Assembly: GCA_937950405.1 (NCBI GenBank)
Contig: CALFDH010000004.1
Span: forward strand, 4,316-68,315
Origin: an uncultured Meiothermus sp.
GTDB taxonomy: Bacteria; Deinococcota; Deinococci; Deinococcales; Thermaceae
Reading direction: 5' to 3'
DNA: 64,000 nucleotides
The notes under the pieces are model-generated. The model did not search any database. It worked only from the letters and a program-made list of their open reading frames with translations, and was not told the origin of the DNA. Below, in pieces: positions 1 to 12,329 of the stretch. Numbering within the stretch: position 1 is the first letter of the stretch; every line of letters starts with the position of its first letter. The position numbers and the translations under genes are program-made.

Positions 1-328
1 AGAGCTTCAGCGGGTCTATTTGGCCCGTAGCCTGATCCGTGAGCCCCGGCTGCTCTTGCTGGACGAGCCCGCTACGGGCGTGGACGTGGTGGGAGAGGCC
101 GACCTGTACCGGCACCTCGAGGCCTACCAGGCCGAGCGCGGGGCCACCGTGCTCATGATTACCCACGACTGGGAAGCCGCCCAGCACCACGCCTCGGCGG
201 TGCTGGTGCTGAACCGGCGGGTGGTGGGCTATGGCCCCCCCGAGCAGGTGCTCTGCCACGAGTGCCTGAGCCAGGCTTTCGGGCACGTGGGCCACGGACA
301 CAACCTGGTACTAGGGGGTCGCTCATGA
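1..328 (+). CDS. Metal (Zn/Mn) ABC transporter ATP-binding protein, 5'-truncated by the window
   Basis: Walker B/D-loop LLLLDEPATGVD, H-loop ITHD, His/Cys-rich tail; stop overlaps the permease start (ATGA). Confidence 0.9.
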   Translation, partial: ELQRVYLARSLIREPRLLLLDEPATGVDVVGEADLYRHLEAYQAERGATVLMITHDWEAAQHHASAVLVLNRRVVGYGPPEQVLCHECLSQAFGHVGHGHNLVLGGRS

Positions 329-1116
329 TGGAGGCGCTGCAGCTTCCGTTCTTGCAGCGGGCGCTGCTGGCCGGCCTGCTGGTAGGGGGGCTGGCCAGCT
401 ACCTGGGCGTGATGGTGGTACAGCGCCGCCTCTCGTTCCTGGGGGATGGGCTGGCCCATGCGGCCTTTGCGGGGGTAGCCCTGGGGCTGCTTCTGCACGA
501 GGAGCCGCTCTGGGTGGCCATTCCCTTTGCGGTGGGGGTTTCGCTGGCCATCACCTGGGTACGCGAACGCAGCAACCTGGGCGACGATACCGCCATCGGC
601 ATCTTCTTTGCGGTCTCGGTTGCGCTGGGGGTGCTGTTCATGTCGCTGCGCCAGGGCTTCGCGCCCGATGCGGTGGCCTACCTGTTTGGCTCCATCCTGA
701 CCGTGACCCAGACCGATTTATGGGTGATGGGCTTGATTGCCCTGGGGGTTGCCCTCCTGGCCCCGGTCTGGAGCCACTGGGCCTATGCCACCTTCGACCG
801 CGAACTGGCCCTGGCTGACCGACAGCCGGTGCTGCTCTACGACTACCTGCTCGCGGGGCTCATTGCCCTGGTGGTGGTGGTCTCGGTCAAGGTGGTGGGT
901 ATTGTCCTGATTGCAGCATTCATCGTAATTCCCGCCGCTACTGCCCGCCTGCTCAGCCGGACTTTTTCGGCCATGACGGTCATATCGGTTGCGATTGGGG
1001 TCTTTTCGGTCATTCCAGGGCTGGCGGCTGCTTATTTGTTCGATGTCCCAGCCGGGAGTGCGATTGTGCTGGTGCAGGCCTTGTTGTTTGCGTTGGCGCT
1101 GACCCTGCGCCGATGA
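325..1116 (+). CDS. Metal ABC transporter permease (ZnuB/ABC-3 family)
   Basis: GDGLAHAAFAGVALG and YLFGSIL motifs, polytopic hydrophobic; ATG 325 coupled to upstream stop. Confidence 0.92.
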   Translation: MMEALQLPFLQRALLAGLLVGGLASYLGVMVVQRRLSFLGDGLAHAAFAGVALGLLLHEEPLWVAIPFAVGVSLAITWVRERSNLGDDTAIGIFFAVSVALGVLFMSLRQGFAPDAVAYLFGSILTVTQTDLWVMGLIALGVALLAPVWSHWAYATFDRELALADRQPVLLYDYLLAGLIALVVVVSVKVVGIVLIAAFIVIPAATARLLSRTFSAMTVISVAIGVFSVIPGLAAAYLFDVPAGSAIVLVQALLFALALTLRR

Positions 1117-1180
1117 CCGACAAACTTGCGGTCAAGCTCAAAGGTGTAAATTCTACTTTTTCTTACGGGATTTAGGGGTT

Positions 1181-1186
1181 TATACT
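1181..1186 (+). promoter_or_regulatory. -10 box (TATACT) of a probable leaderless Rrf2-iscS transcript
   Basis: TATACT 7 nt before ATG 1194, no SD; pattern typical of Deinococcota. Confidence 0.6.
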
Positions 1187-1193
1187 CTGGATT

Positions 1194-1658
1194 ATGTGGG
1201 TCTCAACCAAAGCACAGTACGGGTTAAGGGCCCTGGTAGAGATCGGCCTGCGTCAGCCAGAGGCGGTTCCCCTTAAGGACGTAGCGGATGTGCAGGGGAT
1301 TAGCCAGCACTATCTGGAGCAAATTGCAGCCCAACTGCGGCGCTCCGGCTTCATCCGTAGCGTGCGAGGGGCCAAGGGGGGCTACAAGCTGGGCCGTCCG
1401 GTGGAGCGCATCACCGCTCTGGAAGTGGTGGAGGCGCTGGAAGGTAGCCTGGCACCCGTGACCTGCCTCGACGACCCCCAGTCCTGCTGGCAGACCGGCA
1501 ACTGCTCCACCGAAATTTTGTGGAAAAAGGTGGACGATGCCATGCGGGGGGTGTTGCAACAGACCACCCTGAAAGATTTGATTGAGGAACGCAAGCAGAT
1601 AGAGGCCCGCAAGCTGGTGCAGCTCGAGCCCGCGCCCCCTGTGGCCTATAGCCGGTAG
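1194..1658 (+). CDS. Rrf2 family transcriptional regulator (IscR/CymR-like)
   Basis: STKAQYGLRAL, YLEQI, SVRGAKGGY motifs; three C-terminal Cys (CLDDPQSCWQTGNC); precedes a cysteine desulfurase. Confidence 0.92.
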   Translation: MWVSTKAQYGLRALVEIGLRQPEAVPLKDVADVQGISQHYLEQIAAQLRRSGFIRSVRGAKGGYKLGRPVERITALEVVEALEGSLAPVTCLDDPQSCWQTGNCSTEILWKKVDDAMRGVLQQTTLKDLIEERKQIEARKLVQLEPAPPVAYSR

Positions 1659-1793
1659 TCCATACCGGGGTGTCTATGGTCTATAGCCTATAGTTCCTTA
1701 TCGTTGGCAGGGATTTCCTCAAGTGACGAACCTGTACCTTTGAAGGGCGATTTTCCAGAGGGCACTCGCTCTTTATCATTCGCTGCTTACCCC

Positions 1794-2915
1794 ATGATCT
1801 ACCTCGACTACGCTGCTACCACCCCGCTCGACCCCGAGGTGAAAGCTGCCGTGCAGGTGGTGCTGGCGGTTTACGGCAACCCCAGCTCGGTGCATGGGGA
1901 AGGCCGCCGGGCGCGGCAACTGCTGGAGGAGGGCCGGGAGCGCGTGGCCGGGGCGCTGGGGTGTAAGCCCCGTGAGCTGGTTCTGACCAGTGGCGGTACC
2001 GAGTCCGATGCGCTGGCAATTTATGGGGTGGCGCTGGCTCGAGGCCGGGGTCACCTGGTGAGTACGGAACTCGAGCACTCTGCTGTCCTCAGCGCTTTGA
2101 AGAACCTCGAGCGCCTGGGCTTCGAGGTCACCCTGCTAAAGCCCGACCCCACCGGCCTGATTCACCCCGAGCAGGTGGCCGAAGCGCTGCGCCCCGATAC
2201 CCTGCTGGTTTCGCTCATGACCGTCAACAACGAAATCGGCACCGTGTATCCGGTCAGGGCGATAGCCGAGCTTTGCCAGGCCAGGGGCGTGCTGTTTCAT
2301 ACCGACGCCGTGCAGGCTTTTGGCACGGTGCCCAGCCGGGTGGAAGACCTGGGGGCCGACCTCATTTCCATTGCCGCCCACAAGTTCTACGGCCCCAAAG
2401 GGGCGGGCGCGCTCTACCTGCGGAAGGGCCTTGAACTCTTCCCCCTGATGCCCGGCAAACAGGAGCAGGGCTACCGGGGGGGTACCGAGAACCTGCCGGC
2501 GGTGTACGGGATGGGGCTGGCTGCCGAGAAAGCGGTGGCCCTTTTGAGCCAGGAAACGCAGAAGCTATTGCGCCTTCGGAAGCGCCTGGAATCGCAGCTA
2601 CTGGCCATCCCAGAGGTCGAGCTCAACGGCCACCCCACGTTGCGCAGCCCCAAGCACGTCAACGTGACGGCCAGAGGGGCAGATGGTGAAGGGCTCTTGC
2701 TGAACCTGGACCTGCTGGGCGTGGCGGCTTCATCGGGCTCGGCCTGCGCGAGCGGGAGCCTCGAGCCCTCGCACGTACTCCTGGCCATCGGGCGGAGCAA
2801 GGAGGAGGCCAGGGCTTCGGTGCGGTTCAGCCTGGGGCGCTTCACCACTGAAGAAGAAATAGACAGAGCCGCCGCTGCTTTTGCCGAAGCCGTAGGGCGC
2901 TCGAGGGTAGCCTAG
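1794..2915 (+). CDS. iscS: Cysteine desulfurase (IscS/NifS family)
   Basis: [26 protein letters not shown] Lys in AHKFYGPKG, catalytic SSGSACAS. Confidence 0.93.
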   Translation: MIYLDYAATTPLDPEVKAAVQVVLAVYGNPSSVHGEGRRARQLLEEGRERVAGALGCKPRELVLTSGGTESDALAIYGVALARGRGHLVSTELEHSAVLSALKNLERLGFEVTLLKPDPTGLIHPEQVAEALRPDTLLVSLMTVNNEIGTVYPVRAIAELCQARGVLFHTDAVQAFGTVPSRVEDLGADLISIAAHKFYGPKGAGALYLRKGLELFPLMPGKQEQGYRGGTENLPAVYGMGLAAEKAVALLSQETQKLLRLRKRLESQLLAIPEVELNGHPTLRSPKHVNVTARGADGEGLLLNLDLLGVAASSGSACASGSLEPSHVLLAIGRSKEEARASVRFSLGRFTTEEEIDRAAAAFAEAVGRSRVA

Positions 2916-4597
2916 CTCCCCACCTTTTGCCGCTCCTTCAGCACCGCCTCCCGCAACTCCCGCCTGAGCACCTTGCCCACCGCGCTTTTGGGCAGTTCGG
3001 TGCGGAACTCGTAGATGCGCGGCACCTTGTAGGCGGCCAGGTTTTCGCGGCAGTGCCTGTCCAGCTCCTCTTTGGTCAGGGTTACGCCAGGTTTGGGCAC
3101 CACAAAGGCCGCTACCGTCTCGCCCCGGTACTCGTCGGGCAGGCCCACCACCGCCGCCTCGGCCACGCCAGGGTGGGCAAAAAGCACTTCCTCCACCTCG
3201 CGGGGGTAGATGTTGTAACCGCCCGCAATGATCATGTCCTTTTTACGATCCACAATGTAAAAATAGCCGTCCTTGTCCATTCGGGCCATATCGCCGGTGA
3301 GGAGCCAGTCAATCTTGATGGTTTTGTTGGTTTCCTCGGGGCGCTGCCAGTAGCCCATCATCACGTTGGGGCCGCGAACGGCCAGCTCCCCCACCTCGCC
3401 TACCGGCACCTCGCGCAGGTTTTCGTCCAGCACCTTGGCATCAATACCGGGCATGGGCAGCCCAATGCTGCCAATCTTGCGCTCGCCGGTGAGGGGGTTG
3501 CAGTGGGTGCTGGGGGCAGCTTCGGTCAGGCCATAGCCTTCGACGAGCTTGCCCCCGGTCAGTTCCTCGAACCGTTTGGTGACCTATACCGGCAAGGCTG
3601 CTGCACCGGAGATACAGACCTTCACACTGCCCACCTTTCGCTTTTCGATGCCGGGGAAATTGTTAAAGCCGATGTAGAGGGTGGGCACCCCAGGGAAGTG
3701 GGTCACACCATGCTTTTCGATGGCATCGATGCTGGGTTTGACCTCGGGGCGGGGCAGCAGCACAATTTTGTAACCGGCTGCAATCGCATAGTTCATGGCC
3801 ACGGTCATGCCGTAGACGTGGAAAAACGGAATCGCGCCCAGCATGACGCCTTTGCCTTCCATGCTTTTGACCTCTTCGCCGCCCCAGGCCAGGCTCTGGT
3901 AGGTGTTGGCGACCAGGTTGCGGTGCGAGAGCATGGCCCCCTTGGAAACCCCGGTGGTGCCGCCGGTGTATTGCAGAAGGGCAAGGTCATCGGGCTGAGC
4001 GGGGTAGGGCTGGGCAATGGGGCTGGCTGCTTCGAGCGATTTTTTGAAGTCGTGGCGCTTGGGGTGCTGGGGCAGGTTGACCCAGCGCTTTTCCCGACGG
4101 GCTTTGAGGGGGAAGAGCAGGTTTTTGGGGAAGGGCAGATAGTCTTGAATGCCGGTGGTGAAGACCCGCTTGACCGGTACCTCCTGCTCGATTTCGGCAT
4201 AGCGGGGCCAGAGCAGGTCCAGAATGACCAGGGTCTCGGCCCCGGCGTCGGAAAGCTGGTGCCGGAGTTCGCGGGGGGTGTAAAGGGGGTTCACGTTCAC
4301 ACATACCCCGCCGGCAGCCAGCGTGCCGTAAAAGGCGATCACAAACTGCGGGCAGTTGGGCAGCATGATGGCCACACGGTCGCCCGGCTGCACCCCCTGG
4401 GCCTGGAGGGCCCCCGCAAACTTGAGCACCGACTCCCAGAGGGTGCGGTAACCCATCACTCTCCCCATGAACTCGAGGGCCACATGGTCCGGGTATTTTT
4501 GGGCGGTGTCGGCCAGCAGTTTCCACAGCGGCACCTCGGGGAACTGAATATCCGCCGGGACGCCTTTGTCATAGTGGTTGAGCCAGGGTCTGGTCAT
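2912..4597 (-). pseudogene. Long-chain fatty acid-CoA ligase (FadD-like) interrupted by one in-frame TAG at 3584-3586
   Basis: YTGGTTGVSKG P-loop in the N-half; the same frame continues past the TAG as [21 protein letters not shown] and on to TGD and LPKSAVGK motifs. Confidence 0.85.
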
Positions 4598-4893
4598 GGA
4601 TAGCTCCTTCGGTTGGAGTCTTGCAACTTGCCCCAAGTCTAGCAAATCGTGTACCGAGTTCAAGGTGATAGAGGAAAATTTCATCCTGGATTGCTGCTCG
4701 GCCTGCGCATTGGCCTTGTGGGCGCTTTTTTGGGCACTGCCAATAGAGGGCTACTTGTCGCGAACGGCTCTCTACTGGACCGCCCGTAGGCCGCAAGCGG
4801 TTCGGTTCTTGTTTCAACGGGGCACGAAAGCTGGGGGCGGTGCCTCGAGGCGCATGATTGACGTTTGTAGGTTGGGGTGTTTGACTAGGGCCT

Positions 4894-6063
4894 ATGAACA
4901 TTCAGGAAACTATTGCCGAGTTGACCCCCGGCCTGATCGAGATGCGCCGCGACTTTCACCGGCACCCGGAACTGGGGTTCCAGGAGGTACGCACCAGCGC
5001 CAAGCTGGCCGAGTTTTTGGAAGGGCTGGGCCTCGAGGTTACTCGAGGGGTGGCCCAGACCGGGGTGGTGGCTCGCCTGAAGGGGGCCAAACCGGGCAAA
5101 ACCGTGCTGGTGCGGGCCGACATCGACGCCCTGCCCATCCACGAAAACTCGGGTGTGCCCTACAGCTCCCAGACCCCCGGCGTCATGCACGCCTGCGGCC
5201 ACGACGGCCACGCGGCCATTGCCGCCCATGTGGCCGCAGTGTTGGTCCGCTTCCGGGAACAGCTCGAGGGCGAGGTGCGCTTTGCCTTCCAGCCTGCCGA
5301 AGAGATTGTCTCGGGGGCCCGCCCGATGGTGGAGGCTGGGGTGCTGGAAGGGGTGGACAGGGTGGTGGGGCTGCACCTCTATAGCCTGATGCCCACCGGA
5401 AAAGTGGGGGTGCGGCCCGGCCCCTCGATGGCCGCCGCCGATGCCTTTACCATTCGCCTCCGGGGCAAGGGCGCCCATGCGGCCATGCCGCACGAGGGGG
5501 TGGATACCGTCCTGATTGCCGCGCAGATTATTGTGGCCCTGCAAAGCCTGGTCAGCCGCGAGACCGACCCGGTCAATACCTCGGTCATCACCATCGCTAC
5601 CGTTACGGCAGGCGAGGGGGCACACAACATCATCCCCGAAACCGCCGAACTCAAGGGCACCCTCCGCACTTTCGATGCCAACCTGCGGGAGAAGCTGATC
5701 CGCCGGATTGGGGAACTGAGCCAGGGGATTGCTGCTGCCATGGGAGGCAGCGCCGAGGTGAGCTGGCTGCCGGGTTCGCCCGCCGTGGTCAACGACCCCG
5801 AGATGGTCGAGCGGTTCCGTCAGGTGGCCCGGCAGGTGGTGGGGGAGGAAGCGGTGCTCGAGGTGCCGCCGGTAATGGGTGGCGACGACATGTCGGAGTT
5901 CTTGAACCGCCGTCCGGGGGTGTACTTCTGGCTGGGCGCAGGCGACCCCGACCCCAGCAAGAACCGCCCGCACCACCACCCCGGCTTCTGGATTGACGAC
6001 GAGCGCTCCCTGCCCCTGGGCACCGAACTGATTACCCGTGCCGTGCTCGACTTTTTGCGCTAG
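4894..6063 (+). CDS. M20D family amidohydrolase
   Basis: RRDFHRHPELGFQE, RADIDALP, MHACGHDGH, FQPAEE, HHHPGF. Confidence 0.93.
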   Translation: MNIQETIAELTPGLIEMRRDFHRHPELGFQEVRTSAKLAEFLEGLGLEVTRGVAQTGVVARLKGAKPGKTVLVRADIDALPIHENSGVPYSSQTPGVMHACGHDGHAAIAAHVAAVLVRFREQLEGEVRFAFQPAEEIVSGARPMVEAGVLEGVDRVVGLHLYSLMPTGKVGVRPGPSMAAADAFTIRLRGKGAHAAMPHEGVDTVLIAAQIIVALQSLVSRETDPVNTSVITIATVTAGEGAHNIIPETAELKGTLRTFDANLREKLIRRIGELSQGIAAAMGGSAEVSWLPGSPAVVNDPEMVERFRQVARQVVGEEAVLEVPPVMGGDDMSEFLNRRPGVYFWLGAGDPDPSKNRPHHHPGFWIDDERSLPLGTELITRAVLDFLR

Positions 6064-6114
6064 AAGCTTTCTGATTTCCTCGCCGACTTCCTGCGCCCTG
6101 GGCAAGAGACGTTA

Positions 6115-6398
6115 TACCAAATCTGCTCAGAAGTGACCCAAAAGCGATATACAAGTCCCTCGGACGCGCCCCTGGCGCGGCAAGGGAGGGGCAGGCTCTT
6201 ATCATTTGCCTGGGCATCGTCGTTTCAACCCCTCACCCGGCGACAGCAGTTACCACCAGAATTGTTGTATTTGGCCAAAAGAGCACCATACTGGCCGGCG
6301 CTGTCGCCACCCTCTCCCGCAAGGGGAGAGGGAAAGGGGAAAACGATAAAAGCCTTAGGGAGGGGCGCGTTTAGCGCCACTCACGCGCAGAGTTGGTA
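6115..6398. mobile_element. MITE family A copy interrupted by a family B MITE
   Basis: TIR TACCAAATCTGC...GCAGAGTTGGTA, TTA duplicated on both sides; matches copies at 11525, 46231, 47438. Confidence 0.85.
6192..6356. mobile_element. MITE family B (165 bp) nested in family A
   Basis: TIR CAGGCTCTTATC...GATAAAAGCCTT; perfect 9-bp TSD AGGGAGGGG (6183-6191, 6357-6365). Confidence 0.88.
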
Positions 6399-6449
6399 TT
6401 AGTAGGAATTACTACAAACCGTAGCGCTCCAGAGGGTGCACACTAAGGC

Positions 6450-6884
6450 ATGAAGCCTGTTATTGCCCTGTTTGTGCTTTTCCTCCTGGGAGGGCAGGCC
6501 CAGCGCTTGCAGGACGTGCCCTCGCAAGACCGTGCCGCCATTCAAGCCATCATTCTGGCGCAGATCGAGGCCTTCAAAAAAGACGACGCCGTACGGGCTT
6601 TCTCCTTTGCCTCTCCGGGTATCCGCCAGGTTTTCCAGACCCCCGAACGCTTTATCGAGATGGTCCGGTCGGGCTATGCCCAGATTTACCGGCCCCTCAA
6701 GGTGGAGTTTGGGCCTGCCAGCCGCTCTTTGGGAACGCTGAAACAGATACGCCAGATTGTGAATCTGGTCGGCCTGGACGGCAAGAAGGCGGTGGCGTAC
6801 TACCTGATGGAGCGTCAGGCGGATGGCAGTTGGAAGATTGCGGGGGTGCAGCTCGAGCTAATCCCCGACGATCAGACCATTTAG
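6450..6884 (+). CDS. Secreted DUF4864-like (NTF2-like) protein
   Basis: Signal peptide; IxAQIEAFKKDDAxxAFSFASPGIR, FIEMVRSGY, DGSWKIAG. Confidence 0.8.
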   Translation: MKPVIALFVLFLLGGQAQRLQDVPSQDRAAIQAIILAQIEAFKKDDAVRAFSFASPGIRQVFQTPERFIEMVRSGYAQIYRPLKVEFGPASRSLGTLKQIRQIVNLVGLDGKKAVAYYLMERQADGSWKIAGVQLELIPDDQTI

Positions 6885-7062
6885 AGTCACCCAACTGCAA
6901 GTAAACTTTTTCCTGGACAGAGCATTGGCCGCCTGGATGGGTGGCCACGTCCGTGAGGGGAGCGATAACGAAAGGTTCAAGCTGGAATGTTGATGAGCTG
7001 TTCCGCATAAACAAACGACCCCCAGGCAAACACATCTTGCTTGGGGGCCGTTCAAACCTGCC

Positions 7063-9801
<2,739 letters not shown>

Positions 9802-10191
9802 AGGTTCTCCTTTGCTGCGCTTGGCTTGTGGGTGTAGGCATGAAACCAGTGCTGTGGGTTGCAGAAGATGTACGGCGGGGTCAGACGCAAACGCCCGAGT
9901 CCTGGTTTTCCAAAGCCTTTGTAGTTTACTCGAGATGCGCTCGAGCAAATAGCTTTTGGAGATACGGACGTATCCGCTGTAGGTTGTGGGGCTGGTTTCG
10001 ATGCCTGGGCGGGTGCGCCCTGCCTCAGACCACCGTCAGTTTACACCAAGCGGGCTGCAAAATGCATCCGCCAGGCCGTAGGGCCTCTGCAAAAGTCCCC
10101 GTAAGCTTCACATGTTGGGCGGGCCTGTAGCGGTTGACGCATAGTGACGGGGCGGATTGCCTTTTGGCCTATCTGGCTATTGGGGTGGCGC

Positions 10192-10356
10192 CAGGATTTT
10201 ATCGGTTTCCCCTTTCCCTCTCCCTTGCGAAAGAGGGTGGCGACAGCGTCGGCTGGTTTGATGCTCATTTTGCCGAATGAGACACTTCTGACGGTAACCT
10301 GGTGTCGTCGGGCGAGGGGTTGCAACAACGATGTCCACGCAAATGATAAGAGCCTG
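10192..10356. mobile_element. MITE family B copy
   Basis: TIR CAGGATTTTATC...GATAAGAGCCTG, 165 bp; flanks GGGGTGGCGC / CAGGTGGCGC (degenerate TSD). Confidence 0.82.
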
Positions 10357-10501
10357 CAGGTGGCGCGTGCGAAGAACCAACCCCAAGCAGGTTCTCTGGC
10401 GGTACAATCCCCAACCCAATCCCGCCCTGGCACGACCGGAAATTACGGCAAAATAATGGCTCTTGCACGAGTTTCTAACATCTACGTCCTACACTCGGCG
10501 T

Positions 10502-11008
10502 ATGCAAGATGCCCAAACACTGGGCCAAGGGATTTTCCTCGAGGACTGCCGAGAACTGCTGCCCTGGAACTGCATCACCACCACGGCCCGACTCATTTTG
10601 GGGGTCGAAAGCTATAAGACCGACAAGCGCACCCTGGTCTGGGAAGACCGGGTAATACTGGGCGGTACGCTTTGTGCCCTGCATGGCAAGTTTGTGCGGG
10701 ACGAGGGCCCGGCATCCACTGAAGCACAGCGACGTTTGCGCTATGTGCAGTTTTACCCCAATCTGCGCAAGCTCGGGGTGAACGTTCGAGCGGCCTACAA
10801 CATGCTCCGCCTCGACCTGCAAAGTCGCCTGGGAACGCCCGCAGCCTCTTCCAACGGAACCGACCTGTACCCCTTCACGCAGTGGGAGAGCAACGAGTTT
10901 TTGCTCCTCCTGAAGGTAACAGGACACCCGCCCAGCGAGGTTTTTATGGGTGAGATATGGAAAAAGCCCATTCCCAAAGGCTTTCAAGAGTTCACTCGGA
11001 TAGACTAG
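10502..11008 (+). CDS. Hypothetical protein, paralogue of 11013-11519
   Basis: TACACT 6 nt before ATG 10502; aligns by eye with the neighbouring ORF. Confidence 0.75.
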   Translation: MQDAQTLGQGIFLEDCRELLPWNCITTTARLILGVESYKTDKRTLVWEDRVILGGTLCALHGKFVRDEGPASTEAQRRLRYVQFYPNLRKLGVNVRAAYNMLRLDLQSRLGTPAASSNGTDLYPFTQWESNEFLLLLKVTGHPPSEVFMGEIWKKPIPKGFQEFTRID

Positions 11009-11012
11009 GGTT

Positions 11013-11519
11013 ATGGCCGATTCGCAGGAGGAACGATGGCAACAACTAAGCCAGGGGCTTTACCTGGAGCACCTGGATCTGATGCTGGAGTGGCATATCA
11101 CTCACCGGCAGGCCCGCACCAAACTGGGCTTCGAGGACCGGCGGCCCTCTGCCGACACCCTGGTCTGGAACCGGGTGCAGTGCTTGGGCGGCTTGTACTG
11201 CGACCTGTACGCTAAATTCATCCCCGGAGAGGGATCCGCCAGCGACTCGCGCACCTTGCGCCTGATCGAGTTTACTGTTCATGCAGAGCAGCCTGTCGAA
11301 CACCTCTACGAGGCAGTAAAGGCCCACCTGGTTCGGCTGCTGGGTGAGCCGACCCTCGAGTACGACGGCAACGATGGCAACCTGCGCTCGTTTGTCGAGT
11401 GGGACTCGGATCAGGTGATGCTTTTGTGGAAGATTCTGGGCGGTGCCCGGCAGGGTTGTGTAGGCGAACTTTGGAGCAAGCCCCTGCCCAGGGAATACCT
11501 CAAGCTGACGCTGGCCTGA
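11013..11519 (+). CDS. Hypothetical protein, paralogue of 10502-11008
   Basis: TAGACT 6 nt before ATG; shared QGxxLE, TLVW, LGGxxCxLxxKF, LGxP, GExWxKPxP motifs. Confidence 0.8.
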   Translation: MADSQEERWQQLSQGLYLEHLDLMLEWHITHRQARTKLGFEDRRPSADTLVWNRVQCLGGLYCDLYAKFIPGEGSASDSRTLRLIEFTVHAEQPVEHLYEAVKAHLVRLLGEPTLEYDGNDGNLRSFVEWDSDQVMLLWKILGGARQGCVGELWSKPLPREYLKLTLA

Positions 11520-11524
11520 ACTTA

Positions 11525-11635
11525 TACCATCTCTGCGCGTGAGCGGCGCTAAACGCGCCCCTCCCTTGCCGCGCCAGGGGGCGCGTCCGAGGGACTTGTA
11601 TATCGCTTTTGGGCCACTTCTGAGCAGATTTGGTA
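11525..11635. mobile_element. MITE family A copy (reverse orientation, 111 bp)
   Basis: TACC...GGTA ends, TTA duplicated; near-identical to reverse complement of 46231-46341. Confidence 0.87.
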
Positions 11636-11726
11636 TTACCCGTCAGGCCGCCAAAAGCTGAAGGCTAAAGGCAGCAGAGTAATGGCCTGATACTGGATTG
11701 GACCGTTATCGTAGAGAGACGTTTTT

Positions 11727-11841
11727 AACCCCTCATCCGGCGATACCCCAGGCAAGGTCAATTGTGTTCCCAACACTGCTCGTAAATAGCGTGGTCGGGG
11801 TGACGCTACCTTCTCCCGCCCAGGGGAGGAGGCAAGGGGTT
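11727..11841. repeat. Degenerate cruciform repeat related to the core of MITE B
   Basis: CCCCTCATCCGGCGA..ACCCCAGGC ... CGGGGTG.CGC.A.CTTCTCC...AGGGGTT, shared with 18264-18379. Confidence 0.6.
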
Positions 11842-11910
11842 CATGTGGATTTGGATTTAGAGGCAGCAGAACAATGACCTGAGGCCAGGGACTTGAGACA
11901 CGCAACCGTT

Positions 11911-12120
11911 TCACAGCATTCCGGCCAGAAAGCCCTGTTCGCGCACAACCCGGATCAGGTCCATAATGGTGAGCTGCTGGGGGTCGTACTCGACCTCGAG
12001 CTGCCCAGTATCGGCGGGCTGGACGCTCTGTACGCCCTCGAGTTTTCTGATGGCACCGGAAACCTTTTCAATCTGCTCGGGGCGCTCCATGCCCCGCACC
12101 CCCAACAACACCCGGTTCAT
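11911..12120 (-). CDS. HMA/CopZ-fold small protein lacking the CxxC motif
   Basis: VRGM...KLEGVQSV...VEYDP...VREQGF ferredoxin-like HMA pattern; GMERPEQ replaces GMxCxxC. Confidence 0.75.
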   Translation of the reverse strand: MNRVLLGVRGMERPEQIEKVSGAIRKLEGVQSVQPADTGQLEVEYDPQQLTIMDLIRVVREQGFLAGML

Positions 12121-12156
12121 ATCCCCTTGATTTTAGAGGATGCACCAGGGAGGTGA

Positions 12157-12312
12157 TACCAACTTTAGGCGTGAGGTCTACTTTCAGCGACGCACAAGAT
12201 GGGGGTGGGAGGTTAGGTAGGGGCCCTGTACACCTGTCCCCTGTGCCCTAACCCCTATCCCCTGTTACCTGCCTCACTGCGCCTACCGAAATGTGTTCAA
12301 GCAACGATGGTG
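12157..12312. mobile_element. MITE-like family D copy with internal 7-nt repeats
   Basis: Starts TACCAACTTTAGGCGT and carries GTTCAAGCAA near its end, as at 46382-46540. Confidence 0.55.
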
Positions 12313-12329
12313 TTACGCGGTATTTGGCC

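Noticed and set aside
3584-3586. Pyrrolysine or recoded TAG in the acyl-CoA ligase
   Set aside because: TAG is a normal stop for many genes here, no pyl genes are seen, and the position is normally Glu
2927-4603. Long antisense ORFs (also 4885-6105, 7642-9474, 26599-27972, 29220-30656, 35323-36585, 38587-39777)
   Set aside because: Mirror frames of real high-GC genes; no motifs, and explained by codon bias
6032-6402. ORFs over MITEs (also 10041-10433, 46118-46387, 47434-47715) and the long N-terminal extensions of EF-G2, acnA and ORF 13623
   Set aside because: They translate repeat or intergenic DNA; better SD or leaderless starts exist downstream
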